In this document: one piece after another, positions 63,016 to 63,575 of the stretch | Layout: every line of letters begins with the position of its first letter | Numbering within the stretch: the stretch's first letter is position 1 | Assembly: GCA_027021395.1 (NCBI GenBank) | Contig: JALUUK010000112.1 | Location: forward strand, 1-63,575 | Length of the DNA stretch: 63,575 nucleotides | Direction of reading: 5' to 3' | From: Acidobacteriota bacterium | GTDB lineage: Bacteria > Acidobacteriota > Polarisedimenticolia > J045 | Made by a program: the position numbers and the translations under genes | Notes under the pieces: model-generated | Told to the model about the DNA's origin: nothing | The model's input: only the letters and a program-made list of their open reading frames with translations | Database searches by the model: none

Positions 63016-63484
63016 CGCATCGTCCAAACGTTTGTCTGTCCGCTGTCGTGCTGTACATTTTCACCCGCATGTGGCGAATGGGCTACGACCGCAGCGACTA
63101 AACGTTCGTTCATCTGCTGCCTGTAGCCGCAGTCGATTGAGCAAATCTGGTCCGATATCCCGCAACGCCCAAACGCCCGTTTGTCCGCTGCCGGGTGTTG
63201 TGCATCCTTGGAATGGGAGTGAACGGCAATCCCGCGTCGTCCAAACGTTTGTCTGTCTGCTGCCGGCTTTTCGACTGCTATGAGGCGGCAGACGAACGGT
63301 GCCCCCGCAGCGTTCAAACGCCCGTTTGTCCGCTGTTGCCACTCGCGACTTCGACTCGCTGAAGCTTGGGAGCGTACATGCAGTTGATAAACATTCGTTT
63401 ATCCGCTGCCGTACTGGCTAATGTGGAATGACCGCTAGGGCCTGCTCTCCCGCAGCATCTAAACGCTCGTTTGTCCGCTGCCGG
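63016..63484 (-). CRISPR. CRISPR-like array: 7 degenerate ~34-bp hairpin repeats, 71-74-bp period, unique 37-40-bp spacers; co-oriented with and ~117 nt downstream of the TnpB-like gene
   Basis: Repeat starts (+ strand): 63016, 63090, 63161, 63233, 63306, 63379, 63451. Consensus cgcagcgNNcaaacgNNcgtttgtccgctgccgg. On the minus strand the outer stem is GCAGCG/CGCTGC and the inner stem AAACG/CGTTT. The spacers show no similarity to each other. A possible decayed eighth unit lies near 62944. No cas1, cas2 or cas4 is present anywhere in the genome. Confidence 0.45.
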
Positions 63485-63575
63485 GGCGCCAGCATAAAGC
63501 TTTCTCCCGGCTTAGTTTTTGGCGCATTCCGCGAGCGGCTGGGCTGGCAAGCATGCCCACCGTTGATCGCGCTCC

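Noticed and set aside
62997-63342. Minus-strand ORFs 62997..63317 and 63061..63342, and the + ORF 62846..63283, spanning the repeat array.
   Set aside because: Their periodic sequence simply reflects the 73-bp DNA repeats. They have no SD, overlap each other, and have low-complexity Arg/Ala/Gly/Cys composition.
63016-63484. Canonical adaptive CRISPR-Cas locus.
   Set aside because: There is no cas1, cas2 or cas4 anywhere in the genome. The repeats are only about 70-90% identical. The only neighbouring candidate effector is a truncated TnpB-like protein. I therefore report it as CRISPR-like and guide-array-like, not as a standard CRISPR.

Overview
The window is a complete tailed dsDNA phage (or phage-plasmid) genome of about 63.47 kb and roughly 60% GC. 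It was assembled as a circle: nt 1-103 are identical to 63473-63575.

Gene layout: two arms diverge near 8.35 kb and converge at 37.33 kb.
- Rightward morphogenesis arm (8424-37330): scaffold-like protein, major capsid, terminase small candidate plus large subunit, portal, many structural proteins, 462-aa and 1413-aa internal/ejection-type proteins. A glycosyltransferase / radical-SAM / sulfotransferase / methyltransferase cluster is embedded in it.
- Leftward arm (8295 -> 1, then 63472 -> 37341): accessory and early genes, XRE regulator, YqaJ exonuclease plus Erf annealase, HNH, ParB-like nuclease, SF2 helicase, Dam methylase, DHH phosphoesterase, RusA, secreted trypsin-like protease, membrane and secreted proteins, LamG and fibre proteins.
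- No integrase, DNA polymerase, tRNA or rRNA was recognised.

Main candidate for a new system: a 433-aa protein (130-1431, minus strand) that by eye has the TnpB/Cas12 domain order. It stops right after the RuvC-II region, so it has no C-terminal zinc finger and no RuvC-III, and it carries an extra N-terminal zinc ribbon. About 117 nt downstream on the same strand (across the circular junction) lies an array of 7 degenerate ~34-bp hairpin-forming repeats with a 71-74-bp period and unique ~37-40-bp spacers (63016-63484). No cas1, cas2 or cas4 is present. I read this as a possible phage-borne, nuclease-dead, multi-guide RNA-guided DNA-binding system (TldR / type V-like). A phased protein-binding iteron array remains a live alternative.

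This locus sits in an ~8.2-kb accessory segment bounded by two inverted copies of a 38-bp palindromic element (62581-62618 and 7299-7337). The same segment contains:
- a family of ~65-bp intergenic GC-hairpin repeats
- a strong sigma70-like promoter
- a frameshifted secretin-N-like gene fragment
- a GT-skewed, lower-GC stretch with iteron-like repeats

All family assignments come from motifs read by eye. No searches were run.
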